64,000 bases of DNA from Candidatus Bathyarchaeota archaeon (GCA_005882895.1 VBBD01000068.1:4626-68625); one strand, 5' to 3'. Positions 43,261 through 52,985 are shown, numbered from the stretch's first letter. A program made the numbers and translations. The notes: a model not told the origin generated them from the letters alone.

Positions 43261-43824
43261 TTACAGTTCACTGGCCATCACTATACTATCAATGAACTTG
43301 CCATTCCTTAGCATCTTCTTCGGTATCCTCCCTGCCTCTTTGAAGCCAGTTTTCTCGTACACGTGAATCGCGCGTTGGTTGTTCGCGAAAACCTCCAATT
43401 CGATGGTTTTTAGTCCGGCTTTCCGAGATTCCTTGACCAGTGTGCGCATCATCTCCAAGCCCAGTCCCTGATCCCTATGTTTCCTTGAGATTGCTATCCC
43501 AAGGTATCCATGATGCTTTGTGTCCTCGTAAGACCCTCTCGTCACTGAACCGTTTCCCGCTAATCTTCCACCTAATTCCGCGACAACGCTTACGATGCTC
43601 CCCCTTTCGATTCCAGTTAGCTGGTTGGCGAGCCACTTCGCCTCTTCCTCGCGTGTCTGTTTTCTGTCAGCGATTATTCCGAGGTTTGGCTCAGTATTCT
43701 TTTCACCGACCAGATCGTTGATGAAAGCTACGCAATCGTCTAGGTCTTCCCACTTCAACGCTCGCAGAGTCACGCCCTCCCCGTTGGACGCTTTGAAACG
43801 TCGGTAGATTCTGCCCGTTTTCAT
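43261..43824 (-). CDS. GNAT family N-acetyltransferase
   Basis: 'GIAISRKHRDQGLGLEMMRTLVKESRKAGLKTIELEV' is present. I chose the internal Met ('MKTGRIYRRF') because the track start at 43947 overlaps the upstream gene. Confidence 0.8.
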   Translation of the reverse strand: MKTGRIYRRFKASNGEGVTLRALKWEDLDDCVAFINDLVGEKNTEPNLGIIADRKQTREEEAKWLANQLTGIERGSIVSVVAELGGRLAGNGSVTRGSYEDTKHHGYLGIAISRKHRDQGLGLEMMRTLVKESRKAGLKTIELEVFANNQRAIHVYEKTGFKEAGRIPKKMLRNGKFIDSIVMASEL

Positions 43825-43843
43825 GCTCGGTCTGGGCGCTTTT

Positions 43844-45163
43844 CTATTCCACCGTCCACGTGGATCCCTTGATAGGCTGGTGCACCTTGCAGAGGTCTTT
43901 GATGAAGAGTTCGTAGAGGTGCGGCTGCTCTGTATGGATCGGGACAAGTGTCTTGGGACTGATCTTTGCGATCGTCTCTCGCAGTTCCGTGGGCATCATG
44001 TGTCCCGAGCTATGAATCTGGTACATTGGCAGTCCGAAATGGTTGAGCCAGTTGACAAAGCGTTCACGGTCGATCTCCATCTCCTCGTTGAACGGTTCCG
44101 AGCTACTGTTGATGAACGCCCCACCTGCGTCAGGCTTGATGTCCAAGACCTCGTTCATGTCATATGAGCTAGCAGCTAGAATGAACTTTCCCTGCGTCTC
44201 TTTCACGTCTTTCGAAGTCTTCACCGTGCTATTCTTCATGACTTCCTTTTCCCAGTTGTAGTAGGTCTTCTTCGATCGCTGGTAGACGACGATGCTTGGA
44301 TCGTGAGAGACATTTGGAATGGTCAGGTGTCTGTCTTTGACCAGTGCTTGGAGAAGATAGGCCTGCCTCAACGAGACCGCTAGGACCCTATTGTTCTTCT
44401 TAGCAATCTCGTAAAACGTTCTCAACCTGTCCACATCTGCGGTCGAAAAATTTGCGAGAACCAGCCCATTCGTTTTCCGAACCACATGGTCAACTTTGTC
44501 AACTACTTCTGCTTCAGATTGCAGGTCACCCCGAACGAGGTTCGTACCTTCGCAGAGAAACAGCTCTGGATTCGACTGCTCCGATTTCTCCGAAAAATCC
44601 TGTGTCATGTCGGACCTCGGCCCGTGGGCTCTGAAGTCACCGCTGTAAGCTAGGGTCCCTATCGACGTGTGAACTATGAAACCATAAGATCCGGGCATAC
44701 TATGGTCTACGTGAACCGGCTCCACCTCTATTCCTCCCATTTTCAACCGGTCCCCAGTTCGGAAAGTCTTGAACTGGATCCCATCAAGATCGTTCTCGAA
44801 GCCCCCAGGACGAGCTGTCGACAAAGCCTCCAGAATTATTTTCGTTGTCTCGCCGCAGTAAACCGGTATCTGTCGGTTGAGGAGGGAGATGGACATTGAA
44901 TGGTCGATGTGGGCGTGGCTAAGGAACACAGCGTCAGCAGGCACTTCCCCTTCTCCCTTGTAGAGACCAGCGACGTCGGGGATGATTCCGAGACTGATTA
45001 GACCGCTCTCGTTTCTGGGTGACAGGAAGGGTTCGGAGAAGAATCGTCCTCTTTCTCCCAAGCTCATGCCGAAATCAAGCATGATCTTCGAGTCTCCGTC
45101 ACGGACGAGGATCATGTTTCCTCCGATCTCGCCGGCTCCGCCGTAGAAAGTGATCTCGACCAT
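43844..45163 (-). CDS. beta-CASP metallo-beta-lactamase-fold ribonuclease (archaeal RNase J-like)
   Basis: The segments 'ITFYGGAGEIGGNMILV', 'LDFGMS' and 'LSHAHIDHS' (HxHxDH) are present, with 'HSSGH' near the C-terminus. I prefer the internal Met at 45163 ('MVEITFYGG') to the track start at 45358. Confidence 0.8.
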   Translation of the reverse strand: MVEITFYGGAGEIGGNMILVRDGDSKIMLDFGMSLGERGRFFSEPFLSPRNESGLISLGIIPDVAGLYKGEGEVPADAVFLSHAHIDHSMSISLLNRQIPVYCGETTKIILEALSTARPGGFENDLDGIQFKTFRTGDRLKMGGIEVEPVHVDHSMPGSYGFIVHTSIGTLAYSGDFRAHGPRSDMTQDFSEKSEQSNPELFLCEGTNLVRGDLQSEAEVVDKVDHVVRKTNGLVLANFSTADVDRLRTFYEIAKKNNRVLAVSLRQAYLLQALVKDRHLTIPNVSHDPSIVVYQRSKKTYYNWEKEVMKNSTVKTSKDVKETQGKFILAASSYDMNEVLDIKPDAGGAFINSSSEPFNEEMEIDRERFVNWLNHFGLPMYQIHSSGHMMPTELRETIAKISPKTLVPIHTEQPHLYELFIKDLCKVHQPIKGSTWTVE

Positions 45164-45210
45164 GAAAGTGCTAACCTCGGTCTGTGTCCTATTCTTCTGA
45201 TTATAGAGCT

Positions 45211-45546
45211 TCAGACGTTTCTTCGCGGATGGGCTTGGACCTGGAGGAGATAACGGGGTCCGCTTTTCGAATCCTTCCGAATCGTAACTCTGTCTCCTGA
45301 CTTCAACGCTTTGACCCTGATGAAAAAATGTGAGTGGGGAAACTCGGGCCCTCTGCAAGAGCAGGGATAGGACTCGACCATGGCTCTTCGCGAACGGCCG
45401 TTCTGTATCATCTGGAATCTCCGGCCCAACGTCGGGAAGAAGGAGAGCCGGTCTTTCAGGACAATCACATAACCACCCTGTTCCTCTTCTGAGGTGATCT
45501 TCTTCGAGTATACGTCCTTCATCCTCATCCTGTTAGATCCTTCCAA
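45211..45546 (-). CDS. hypothetical protein (111 aa) with a 'CSCRGPEFPHSH' motif
   Basis: The ORF lies immediately upstream of the RNase J-like gene on the same strand. I do not recognise its family. Confidence 0.5.
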   Translation of the reverse strand: MEGSNRMRMKDVYSKKITSEEEQGGYVIVLKDRLSFFPTLGRRFQMIQNGRSRRAMVESYPCSCRGPEFPHSHFFIRVKALKSGDRVTIRKDSKSGPRYLLQVQAHPRRNV

Positions 45547-45671
45547 CCACGGTTACCCGAGATTACGATTCCGCTCAGAAGAAACTTTCTCTCCTCGCGA
45601 GTTCACCTCCAAGTGTCCCGCCAAATAGCTTTTCAACCCCCAGCCTAATAGAACGTGATCGATCTGGCATC

Positions 45672-46370
45672 TTGGTCGATCTGATTGGATGGGTAATCGG
45701 CTTCTTGTCCACCCACCCTTCGGGTCTTCTCGCCACGCTATTATTCGTCTTTGTTGTCAGTATTGCCGGTAATCTCATCCCCTTCTTTCCGACACCCTAC
45801 CTTGTCGTAGTAATCGGGGTCGTTCTGGATGAAAGCTATCTTGGAATCATACAGATCGCAGCCATCGCGGCCCTTGGAGCGGCCACCGGAAAACTTGTCA
45901 GCTATGCTCTCGGATACGGGGCTCGACGAGCGATTCGTAAACAGGAGAGGTTTGACTCTCTCCGAAAACTCTTGGGCGGAAGCACTTTCCTGGTAGGAGT
46001 CCTCTTCGCAGCCTCTCCACTAGTTGACGCGGCTTTCATTCCCATGGGAATTATTCGATACAGCCCTCTGAAATCCTACCTAGCTCTCTACACTGGAAAA
46101 TTCGTCTGGATTCTGTCTGTCCTCTACGTCGCAAGGCAATTGAGGCAACCGGTCGACCAGTTCTTTGGAGAAAACGTCTACGCATCAATCGTGTCAGCTG
46201 CACTAGTCATCTCCACCGCGTACCTCATCATCAGAGTTGACTGGGAGAAGAGGCTGCTGGGACACAAGGATAGTCTTCGAAGCAGACTACTGGGCAGGCT
46301 TCGAAACCTTTTCTCAAGGGGGCAAAGAAGCGATGCACAAAGACCCGCGCAACGAGACCCAGCCACATAG
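45672..46370 (+). CDS. DedA/VTT-domain-like membrane protein
   Basis: It has multiple TM helices. The segments 'SIAGNLIPFFPTPYLVVVIG' and 'GKLVSYALGYGARR' resemble the SNARE-associated/DedA core. The start codon is TTG. Confidence 0.5.
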   Translation: MVDLIGWVIGFLSTHPSGLLATLLFVFVVSIAGNLIPFFPTPYLVVVIGVVLDESYLGIIQIAAIAALGAATGKLVSYALGYGARRAIRKQERFDSLRKLLGGSTFLVGVLFAASPLVDAAFIPMGIIRYSPLKSYLALYTGKFVWILSVLYVARQLRQPVDQFFGENVYASIVSAALVISTAYLIIRVDWEKRLLGHKDSLRSRLLGRLRNLFSRGQRSDAQRPAQRDPAT

Positions 46371-46674
46371 GATTCTGAGGAAGTTGAACTGACTTACCCA
46401 AAGGTATCCGAGTCTTCGGACTGCAACAATACTCGCGCTGATCATTCTTTCATATGATCTGGCTGTTTCAGGATACAACGCGCTTGCTAGCCGGTCCCAG
46501 ACCAAACCTAATGGTACTATTGCATCTCTGACGCTCGTGAGGCCTCGAACAAGTTAAGGGAATTTTCGTTGAGCCCTCACTGTTTTCCGCAAGGCAATTT
46601 AGGCAGGACCATCGCCCGAATCTCGGGAAACGCCTCTGGGCACTGCAACCAAGCCTGATCGCCTCCGCAATATA

Positions 46675-47217
46675 TTGCAGGCTTTAGACATCGATGAGGC
46701 CAAGGGAATAATCACCGCCTACAACGAACGGTTCCTCTTCATCCCCGTCGCTTTGATTCACTCAATCGAGGACAGATTGACTGAGAGTTTCGGACCGATC
46801 ACCGCCACTAGCTTCCAGTACAGTATCGGAAAGCAAGGTGGGGCAAAGTACATGAGCATGGCGAAAAAATCCGGCCTGGATATCAAGAGTCAAGGCGATA
46901 TCCAGAAGATTGCCGAGCGCCTAGGCACGCTCGGCGGATGGGGAAAACTTACGATCGTCGATGTTGACCTCGCGAAAAAAATGGCGAGAATACGATGGAC
47001 TAATGGAGTCTCAGTGAGGAACAGAAAGGGCAAGACCCCGGTCTGCCATTTCGGCCGTGGGATTCTCACCGGCGCAATGGAGCAGACGTTCGGCAGAAAA
47101 TGCGAGTCGCTCGAAGTCTCCTGTCAAGGCAAAGGGGATCGGGTCTGCGAGGCGATAATCGGTGAACCCGCCGAGATTACTCGACTTGCAGAACAGTCGA
47201 AGAGAGTATCAGATTAG
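46675..47217 (+). CDS. V4R (4-vinyl reductase) domain protein
   Basis: The C-terminal segment 'PVCHFGRGILTGAMEQTFGRKCESLEVSCQGKGDRVCEAIIG' matches the V4R Cys pattern. Confidence 0.7.
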   Translation: MQALDIDEAKGIITAYNERFLFIPVALIHSIEDRLTESFGPITATSFQYSIGKQGGAKYMSMAKKSGLDIKSQGDIQKIAERLGTLGGWGKLTIVDVDLAKKMARIRWTNGVSVRNRKGKTPVCHFGRGILTGAMEQTFGRKCESLEVSCQGKGDRVCEAIIGEPAEITRLAEQSKRVSD

Positions 47218-47537
47218 TGGTTCGAGTTCGAGACCGAAGATCTCAGCAGTTTGTCTATTCCGTAGAAGGATTGGTCGCGATACTTCTCTCCCTGGTCTGT
47301 AATTCTATAGACTCTTCTGCTTCTTCGTGTTGGCGACATCCATTCGCCTGCGACTAGTCTGCGCTCTTCCAGTTCGTAGAGAAGAGGGTAAAGTGTGCCT
47401 GCGCCGATGTGGGCGCCAGTCTTAGTCTTCAGTTCTCGCATGATCTCGTATCCGTGCTTTCCGCCGTTGTCAAGGAGGGATAGCACGAAGAGGTCTAGAA
47501 AGCTCTTCACCATTCGCTCGTTGACGGCTCGGGTCAT
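47214..47537 (-). CDS. PadR family transcriptional regulator
   Basis: 'LDLFVLSLLDNGGKHGYEIMRELKTKTGAHIGAGTLYPLLYELEERRLV' is present. Confidence 0.85.
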   Translation of the reverse strand: MTRAVNERMVKSFLDLFVLSLLDNGGKHGYEIMRELKTKTGAHIGAGTLYPLLYELEERRLVAGEWMSPTRRSRRVYRITDQGEKYRDQSFYGIDKLLRSSVSNSNH

Positions 47538-47634
47538 ACTTTCACGGGGAACTATCGAAGTACGATATTATCGAGTTTCAATATAAGCACGCCTCTTAAC
47601 AGGCTATCGCGTCCCGCGTTTTCCCTGTACAGAG

Positions 47635-48783
47635 TTGAGCCGCGAGACCGCCTTTCAGGGGTTACAATGCACCGAATGCCACTCCTCCTATTCGAAAGGC
47701 AAAAATCTTCAGAAGTGTCCAAGGTGCGGTGGGCTGCTGGATACAATAATCAATCCAGAGATTCTCAGCGAGAAATCGAAAGGCGATATCGATCGTACTC
47801 GATCCATGTGGAAATTCAGAGACTTCCTTCCAGTTGATGCAACGGACAAGATTGTCTCTGCTGGAGAAGGGGATACTCCTCTCAGAAGGCTGAGCTCCAT
47901 CCAAGGAAACGTGTGGGTAAAAGATGAGACGAAAAACCCGACAGGGACGTTCAAGGACAGGGGCGCTTCTCTCGCAGTCACAGCTCTATCTCGGTTGGGT
48001 GTCAAGGATCTCGTCCTATCGTCCGAAGGCAACGCAGGATGCTCGTTCGCCCTCTACTCGCACATTGCAGATCTAGGTTGTCGCGTGCTTATGCCGAGGC
48101 AGGCGAACCCGGCAAAGGTCGAACTTTCCCGGAAACTCGGAGCAACGGTTACCCTTGTCGAGGGTACGATTGCAGACGCAGGGCGCAGAGCGGAAGCACT
48201 TGCCACGAAGGAAGGAAGTTACAATGCCTCGACCTTCGTCACGCCCTACCGCCACGACGGAAAAGGAACCATGGCCCTCGAGATTTGTGAACAGCTGGGC
48301 TGGAGGACCCCTGACTGGGTCGTATATCCGGTTGGCGGGGGCGTCGGCCTCGTTGGGATGTGGAAGATGTTCTCAATTCTGGAGAAGATCGGATGGGTCA
48401 AAAAGAGACCACGATTCGTTGCAGTCCAATCGGCAGGTTGCGCGCCAATCGTCAAAGCCCACAATTCTAAGAAGGAGGACGTTGAAGAATGGAGTGATCC
48501 CAAGACCATTGCTTTCGGGCTGAGAATCCCCAAGCCGCTCGCTGGAAAATGGATTCTCCGTTGCCTCAGAGAATCAGACGGAATCGCATTGTCGGTCACA
48601 GACGAGGAGATCCGAAAGTCTATGCGTCAAGCTCTCAAGGACGAGGGTCTTCTCCTCGAACCCTCAAGTGCCGCAACAATCGCTGCTCTTCCCCATTTGT
48701 ACAGCGAAAGGATGATCGATAGGTCAGATGAGGTCGTTCTCATAGCAACCGGGTCCGGGCTCAAGACCCTTGAGCAGTTGTAG
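47635..48783 (+). CDS. thrC: threonine synthase
   Basis: The N-terminal zinc ribbon reads 'LQCTECHSSY...KCPRCGG'. The PLP-binding Lys lies in 'NPTGTFKDRGAS'. 'SSEGNAGCS' and 'PVGGGVGLVG' are also present. Confidence 0.9.
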   Translation: MSRETAFQGLQCTECHSSYSKGKNLQKCPRCGGLLDTIINPEILSEKSKGDIDRTRSMWKFRDFLPVDATDKIVSAGEGDTPLRRLSSIQGNVWVKDETKNPTGTFKDRGASLAVTALSRLGVKDLVLSSEGNAGCSFALYSHIADLGCRVLMPRQANPAKVELSRKLGATVTLVEGTIADAGRRAEALATKEGSYNASTFVTPYRHDGKGTMALEICEQLGWRTPDWVVYPVGGGVGLVGMWKMFSILEKIGWVKKRPRFVAVQSAGCAPIVKAHNSKKEDVEEWSDPKTIAFGLRIPKPLAGKWILRCLRESDGIALSVTDEEIRKSMRQALKDEGLLLEPSSAATIAALPHLYSERMIDRSDEVVLIATGSGLKTLEQL

Positions 48784-48835
48784 GTACGATTTCCTATAGC
48801 CTGATAACGGTTCTCAATCGGGATGACTTCCAGGG

Positions 48836-49255
48836 TTACTTGATGAGCGCGGACAGTCTGTCAGTTAGGGTCCGTATTTTGTCAGAGTAGGATTCAATTT
48901 TCGACTTGTCGGTCTTGCTCAGGTCTTCGAAGTAGGAGACGTAGCCGCTTATCTCACCTAGCATATCGTCAACTGAGCGGGGACCGGCGAAATGGGACCC
49001 GAATGGCCACTCATCTTCGTTTCTTGTCTTTGCGGTAAGTTCGTACTTGCCATCTTCTCCTTTCTTAACGAGATCGTCTTTCACCATTTCGTCAAGCATC
49101 GGATAGACCGACCCTGGGGAGGGTCTCCACCATCCCTGTGTCATGTTCTCTATTTCGTCCATGATCTCCATCCCGGTCTTAGGGGCGCGTCTTAGGATCG
49201 TGAGAATCAAGGGTCTGAGCCCGCGTTTGCGGAAGTGTCCAAATCCACGAAACAT
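48836..49255 (-). CDS. PadR family transcriptional regulator
   Basis: 'ILTILRRAPKTGMEIMDEIENMTQGWWRPSPGSVYPMLDEMVKDDLV' is present. Confidence 0.8.
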   Translation of the reverse strand: MFRGFGHFRKRGLRPLILTILRRAPKTGMEIMDEIENMTQGWWRPSPGSVYPMLDEMVKDDLVKKGEDGKYELTAKTRNEDEWPFGSHFAGPRSVDDMLGEISGYVSYFEDLSKTDKSKIESYSDKIRTLTDRLSALIK

Positions 49256-49630
49256 TCGATATCGCTTTTCCGATATTGGATATCCGATACCAAATATAAG
49301 GATTCCCTCTCTCTAGCCACGTCACGCGTAGAAGCAATAAGACGATCCGTAAATCGCCCGTTTCCAGCCCCAAATCAAGATCTGAACAGGCACATCCAGC
49401 AACAGGGATAATCCACGCTGTAAATGAGCATAATCTCCCACCGATCCAAACCCAGGCTGTGCCCTGATCCGCCCGTTTCGCCCATTATGCAAGCAAAACA
49501 GGAGGTGTTCCGGAAAAATAGGAGGTCTTAGCGACTGCCTCTCGCGTCGTATGAGTGGTCTTCCCGAGTCACAAGGCCGTCTGGAAAATCACGCTTATGT
49601 CCGAGTCGAGACACCTCTAGTCTTAGAGCT

Positions 49631-50164
49631 TTGACGGTCCAGATCGACGACGCCGGAGTCGGCGACCTTCTCTACGGAGTCGTGGTCGGAGCGCACCGGA
49701 AAGAAACTGGCGAGTTCCACTATGATATGATACCGGTTTCCTTTTTCCAGAGCCCTAATTTTGGACGGAAGATGTATCAGAAAAAAGCCACCGAGCTCAC
49801 ACTCCAGCTACTCTACCAGATGAAGCTGGGAGAGAATGAGGAGATCGAGATATGCAGTAGCTTCCTCTTCGACGAGACCAGACCCCATCTAGCCGAGAAA
49901 TACGGAAACACAAGAGTCAAGACCGCAGTGATTACTGGAGACGCCCAGAATAATGTGGAGACGGCTTACTTGGACGAGATCAGGAACCTAGGCTACGAGC
50001 CCATTCCTGAGCGGGACGACAAGCGTGCGAGGAGCTTCTTTCACATGCTAAGATGGGTCAAGAAAAACCCTGAACGGCTCAGATACGCGAAGACCGGCTG
50101 GCCGCGGCTTAGGAGATACATCAACCTGCCGCGAAAGCATGACGGTCCCCGCTCGACCCGTTAG
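49631..50164 (+). CDS. hypothetical protein
   Basis: This 177-aa ORF has an N-terminal 'QIDDAGVGDLLYGVVVGA' segment and a basic C-terminus. I could not confidently recognise a family. Confidence 0.5.
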   Translation: MTVQIDDAGVGDLLYGVVVGAHRKETGEFHYDMIPVSFFQSPNFGRKMYQKKATELTLQLLYQMKLGENEEIEICSSFLFDETRPHLAEKYGNTRVKTAVITGDAQNNVETAYLDEIRNLGYEPIPERDDKRARSFFHMLRWVKKNPERLRYAKTGWPRLRRYINLPRKHDGPRSTR

Positions 50165-50217
50165 GCCAACCGTGGACGAGAAACAGATAAGTCGCGTCCC
50201 GGGCCATCGCACTGGCT

Positions 50218-50532
50218 ATGAGCTTACTGGATATGATCACTGGCGAGATGCTTCTTGTTCCTGGCGTCGAGATGAAGGACCATGGAGACGAAGAGGTCGA
50301 GCTACATGTTCGCGGCAAATCCTTCGCACACATCCACAGCCCCGACCGGATAGAACTACGACTGCCACCAGACCTCAAAGAGGTCATGATCAGCCAGGGC
50401 ACAGTTTCCCGTAGCCCCGAGGTTCACGATCGGGAAGGGTGGGTTATCCTCAAACTAGGACCCAGACCAGATCTCCGCCGTATAATGAGGATTCTGCAGC
50501 AGTCCTACCAGTTTGCCTCCTCCACAATCTAG
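50218..50532 (+). CDS. hypothetical protein (104 aa)
   Basis: The ORF has plausible composition. The segment 'GKSFAHIHSPDRIELRLPPDL' resembles small conserved domains of unknown function. Confidence 0.45.
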   Translation: MSLLDMITGEMLLVPGVEMKDHGDEEVELHVRGKSFAHIHSPDRIELRLPPDLKEVMISQGTVSRSPEVHDREGWVILKLGPRPDLRRIMRILQQSYQFASSTI

Positions 50533-50575
50533 GCGTATCCATAGAAGCCTCCTCTCAACGCTTATACTGTGACTA

Positions 50576-52018
50576 ATGTCAGGCGAGATCATGCCGCTTG
50601 ACCGTGGAAAGGTCTTCGCCCACATCGACAAGAACCTCCCACAACACATAGCCAAACTCCAGGAGCTAATCCGCCAACCCTCCATCTCCCCAGAGAACAA
50701 GGGAGTGAGAGAGTGCGCGAACCTCATCCTCAGCTATCTCACGAGTCTCGGTGTCAAAGCAAGCCTGGAGGAGACCAGTGGAAATCCAGTAGTCTACGGC
50801 AGTTATGATGCAGGAGCAGACAAGACAATCGTTGTCTACATGATGTACGATACGATGCCAGTTGACGAGCCCGGCTGGCGCGTAGACCCGCTGGCAGGAA
50901 TGCTGACCGATGTTCCTCCGTTCGGCCGATGCCTTGTTGCGAGAGGATCGTTCAACACGAAGGGAGAACTGCGCGGGTTCCTGAACGCTTGCGAGTCTAT
51001 CAAAGCCACACGACAAAAGCTCCCTGTAAACCTTCTATTCGTTGTCGAGGGAGAGGAAGAACTCGGAAGCCGCCACCTCCCCGAGTTCATTTCGAGACAC
51101 GAAAAAGACTTGCAAGCAGCCAAAGCTGTCTTCTTTCCCTTCTGCTCACAAGACCGAACCGGAAAAGTGGTAATGTATCTCGGCGTCAAGGGAATCGTAT
51201 ACTTCGAACTCGAACTCGACGGAGCCACTTGGGGAAAAGGTCCAAAGGAGTTTGGAATACATGGAAGCAACAAGAGCTGGGTTGACAGCCCGGTCTGGAG
51301 AATGATCCAGGCACTATCCACGATGACGGGTCCTGATGGCAACAAGGTAACCATCCAGGACTTTTACCGTCACGCCCAGGTTCCCAACAAGGAAGACCGT
51401 GAACTCCTACCGAAGCTGGAGAAGACCTTCAACGATGCCGCCGTCAGGGAGGAGATGAAAGTCGACAGGTTCATCGGCGACACCCACGGGATTGAAGCGT
51501 TGAAGAAGTATCTTTTTGATCCCACCCTCAACATAAACGGCATAGCAAGCGGCTACACAGGACCAGAGACAAAGACTCTGCTCCCGCACAAGATTACGGT
51601 CAAGATGGATGTTCGCCTGGTTCCGAACATGAGGAAAGATGACGTGATGCCGATGATCAGAAACCATCTGGACCAGTACGGCTTCAAGGATATCCAGATA
51701 CGCGTAGTCGAATCAGGGTATGGATCGTCGCGGACAAGCTATCAGAGCCCACCTGCCCAAGCCGTAATCAAGTCCTACAAGGAGCTGGGAAAAGATCCCG
51801 AGCTATGGCCCACGATTGCGGGCAGCGCCCCCTTTGCAATGTTCAACAGAAAACCCCTCAACCTCCCAGTAGTGATCGGAGGACTCGGCCACGGAGCCCT
51901 GTCACACTCGCCGAACGAGTACATCGTCATAGACGAAAAGGGGCCGACCGGCGGCTTGGCTTCGATGGAGAAATCCTTCGTTACGATTCTGGACAATTTT
52001 AGCAAGATGCCAAGCTAG
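50576..52018 (+). CDS. M20 family metallopeptidase (dipeptidase-like)
   Basis: The segments 'VVYMMYDTMP', 'ARGSFNTKG' and 'LLFVVEGEEELGSRHL' are present. It is a paralog of 15888..17264. Confidence 0.85.
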   Translation: MSGEIMPLDRGKVFAHIDKNLPQHIAKLQELIRQPSISPENKGVRECANLILSYLTSLGVKASLEETSGNPVVYGSYDAGADKTIVVYMMYDTMPVDEPGWRVDPLAGMLTDVPPFGRCLVARGSFNTKGELRGFLNACESIKATRQKLPVNLLFVVEGEEELGSRHLPEFISRHEKDLQAAKAVFFPFCSQDRTGKVVMYLGVKGIVYFELELDGATWGKGPKEFGIHGSNKSWVDSPVWRMIQALSTMTGPDGNKVTIQDFYRHAQVPNKEDRELLPKLEKTFNDAAVREEMKVDRFIGDTHGIEALKKYLFDPTLNINGIASGYTGPETKTLLPHKITVKMDVRLVPNMRKDDVMPMIRNHLDQYGFKDIQIRVVESGYGSSRTSYQSPPAQAVIKSYKELGKDPELWPTIAGSAPFAMFNRKPLNLPVVIGGLGHGALSHSPNEYIVIDEKGPTGGLASMEKSFVTILDNFSKMPS

Positions 52019-52258
52019 TAGATTCGTATCGTTCTTGCAGGAGGACTGCTTCCCCGCTTCCCGGGCTAATGTTTGCTTTTGAAAGGGTTGCTTATTTTTC
52101 GACTCGAACCAGTGCGCTTTCTAGACCTGTTCGTCTTTTTCTGTCGAGTCCTAATACGAAAAGTCCTTGACTGACGCGGCAACCCTGTTCAATATGGTCC
52201 GCCGTCGGGACTGGTATATCTACGTTGGATCTGGGATCGGATCAGCCGAAGTTTGCAC

Positions 52259-52456
52259 TCAGGCTATCTGCGGAGCTTGTTGATCCAATGTCGGTTTTGC
52301 TGCATGATCCGGACCTGTTTTCGGCTCCTTCCACGTTGAGCCGCAGACGTGACAGTTGTGAACTCTGAAGTCGTCTCTGTCGTCCCAGCCGGCATAGATG
52401 CAGGGCCCGATTTGCCCACAGACAGGACAGACGTGCCTGTCTCCTTGAACCGCCAT
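52259..52456 (-). CDS. small zinc-ribbon protein (65 aa)
   Basis: 'HVCPVCGQIGPC...FRVHNCHVCGSTWKEPK' is present. It is a paralog of the unlisted ORF at 63497..63649. Confidence 0.55.
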   Translation of the reverse strand: MAVQGDRHVCPVCGQIGPCIYAGWDDRDDFRVHNCHVCGSTWKEPKTGPDHAAKPTLDQQAPQIA

Positions 52457-52589
52457 CAGGCCTTACACTTGTCTTCCAGCTATTTGAACAAGGAGGTCAA
52501 AGTCTGAGTAGACCCATAATTCCCTACTTTGTTATCAATATCATCGGTAACCTTCTTAGCTTGAGAGATAACCGGGTGAGGAGACGAAC

Positions 52590-52985
52590 TTGGAACTAGG
52601 ACCAGAAGCCGAAGAAGAAGAAATCGATGTAATATGGGACGAGAACGGGACGGCTAGGTACAGACTCCTGAAGGACCATAGAATCGTTGACTTCGATGGC
52701 CACAACATCGCCTGGATGGACGAAGACGGATTCATCTACGACTACACCGGACACTACAAGGCCTTCTACGAGAACGGCATCCTGCGAGATCAGGAAGGGG
52801 CAGTCATCGGACAAGGTCAAGACCCGGCAGGACCCAAGCCGGTTCTGCCAAACAAGGGCTTGATTCCGGAGGCATCTAGACCGGAGAAACCTCCTACTAA
52901 GCCCAAGGTGAAAAAGGACAAGGATTCTCCGAAGAAACCCGTGGCCTCACTCCTCTGGTCTAAGAAAATGCTCGAAGAGTTATAG
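52590..52985 (+). CDS. hypothetical protein with short beta-hairpin-like repeats and a Lys/Pro-rich tail
   Basis: 'IVDFDGHNIAWMDEDGFIYDYTGHYKAFYENGILRDQEGAVIG' is followed by 'PEKPPTKPKVKKDKDSPKKP'. Confidence 0.5.
   Translation: MELGPEAEEEEIDVIWDENGTARYRLLKDHRIVDFDGHNIAWMDEDGFIYDYTGHYKAFYENGILRDQEGAVIGQGQDPAGPKPVLPNKGLIPEASRPEKPPTKPKVKKDKDSPKKPVASLLWSKKMLEEL

Noticed and set aside
49631-50164. Possible RNase HII-like protein, based on the N-terminal 'IDDAGVGD' (compare 'IDEAGRG')
   Set aside because: Only this one short motif resembles RNase HII. I could not find the later catalytic Asp motifs or the DSK motif, so I left the ORF as hypothetical.
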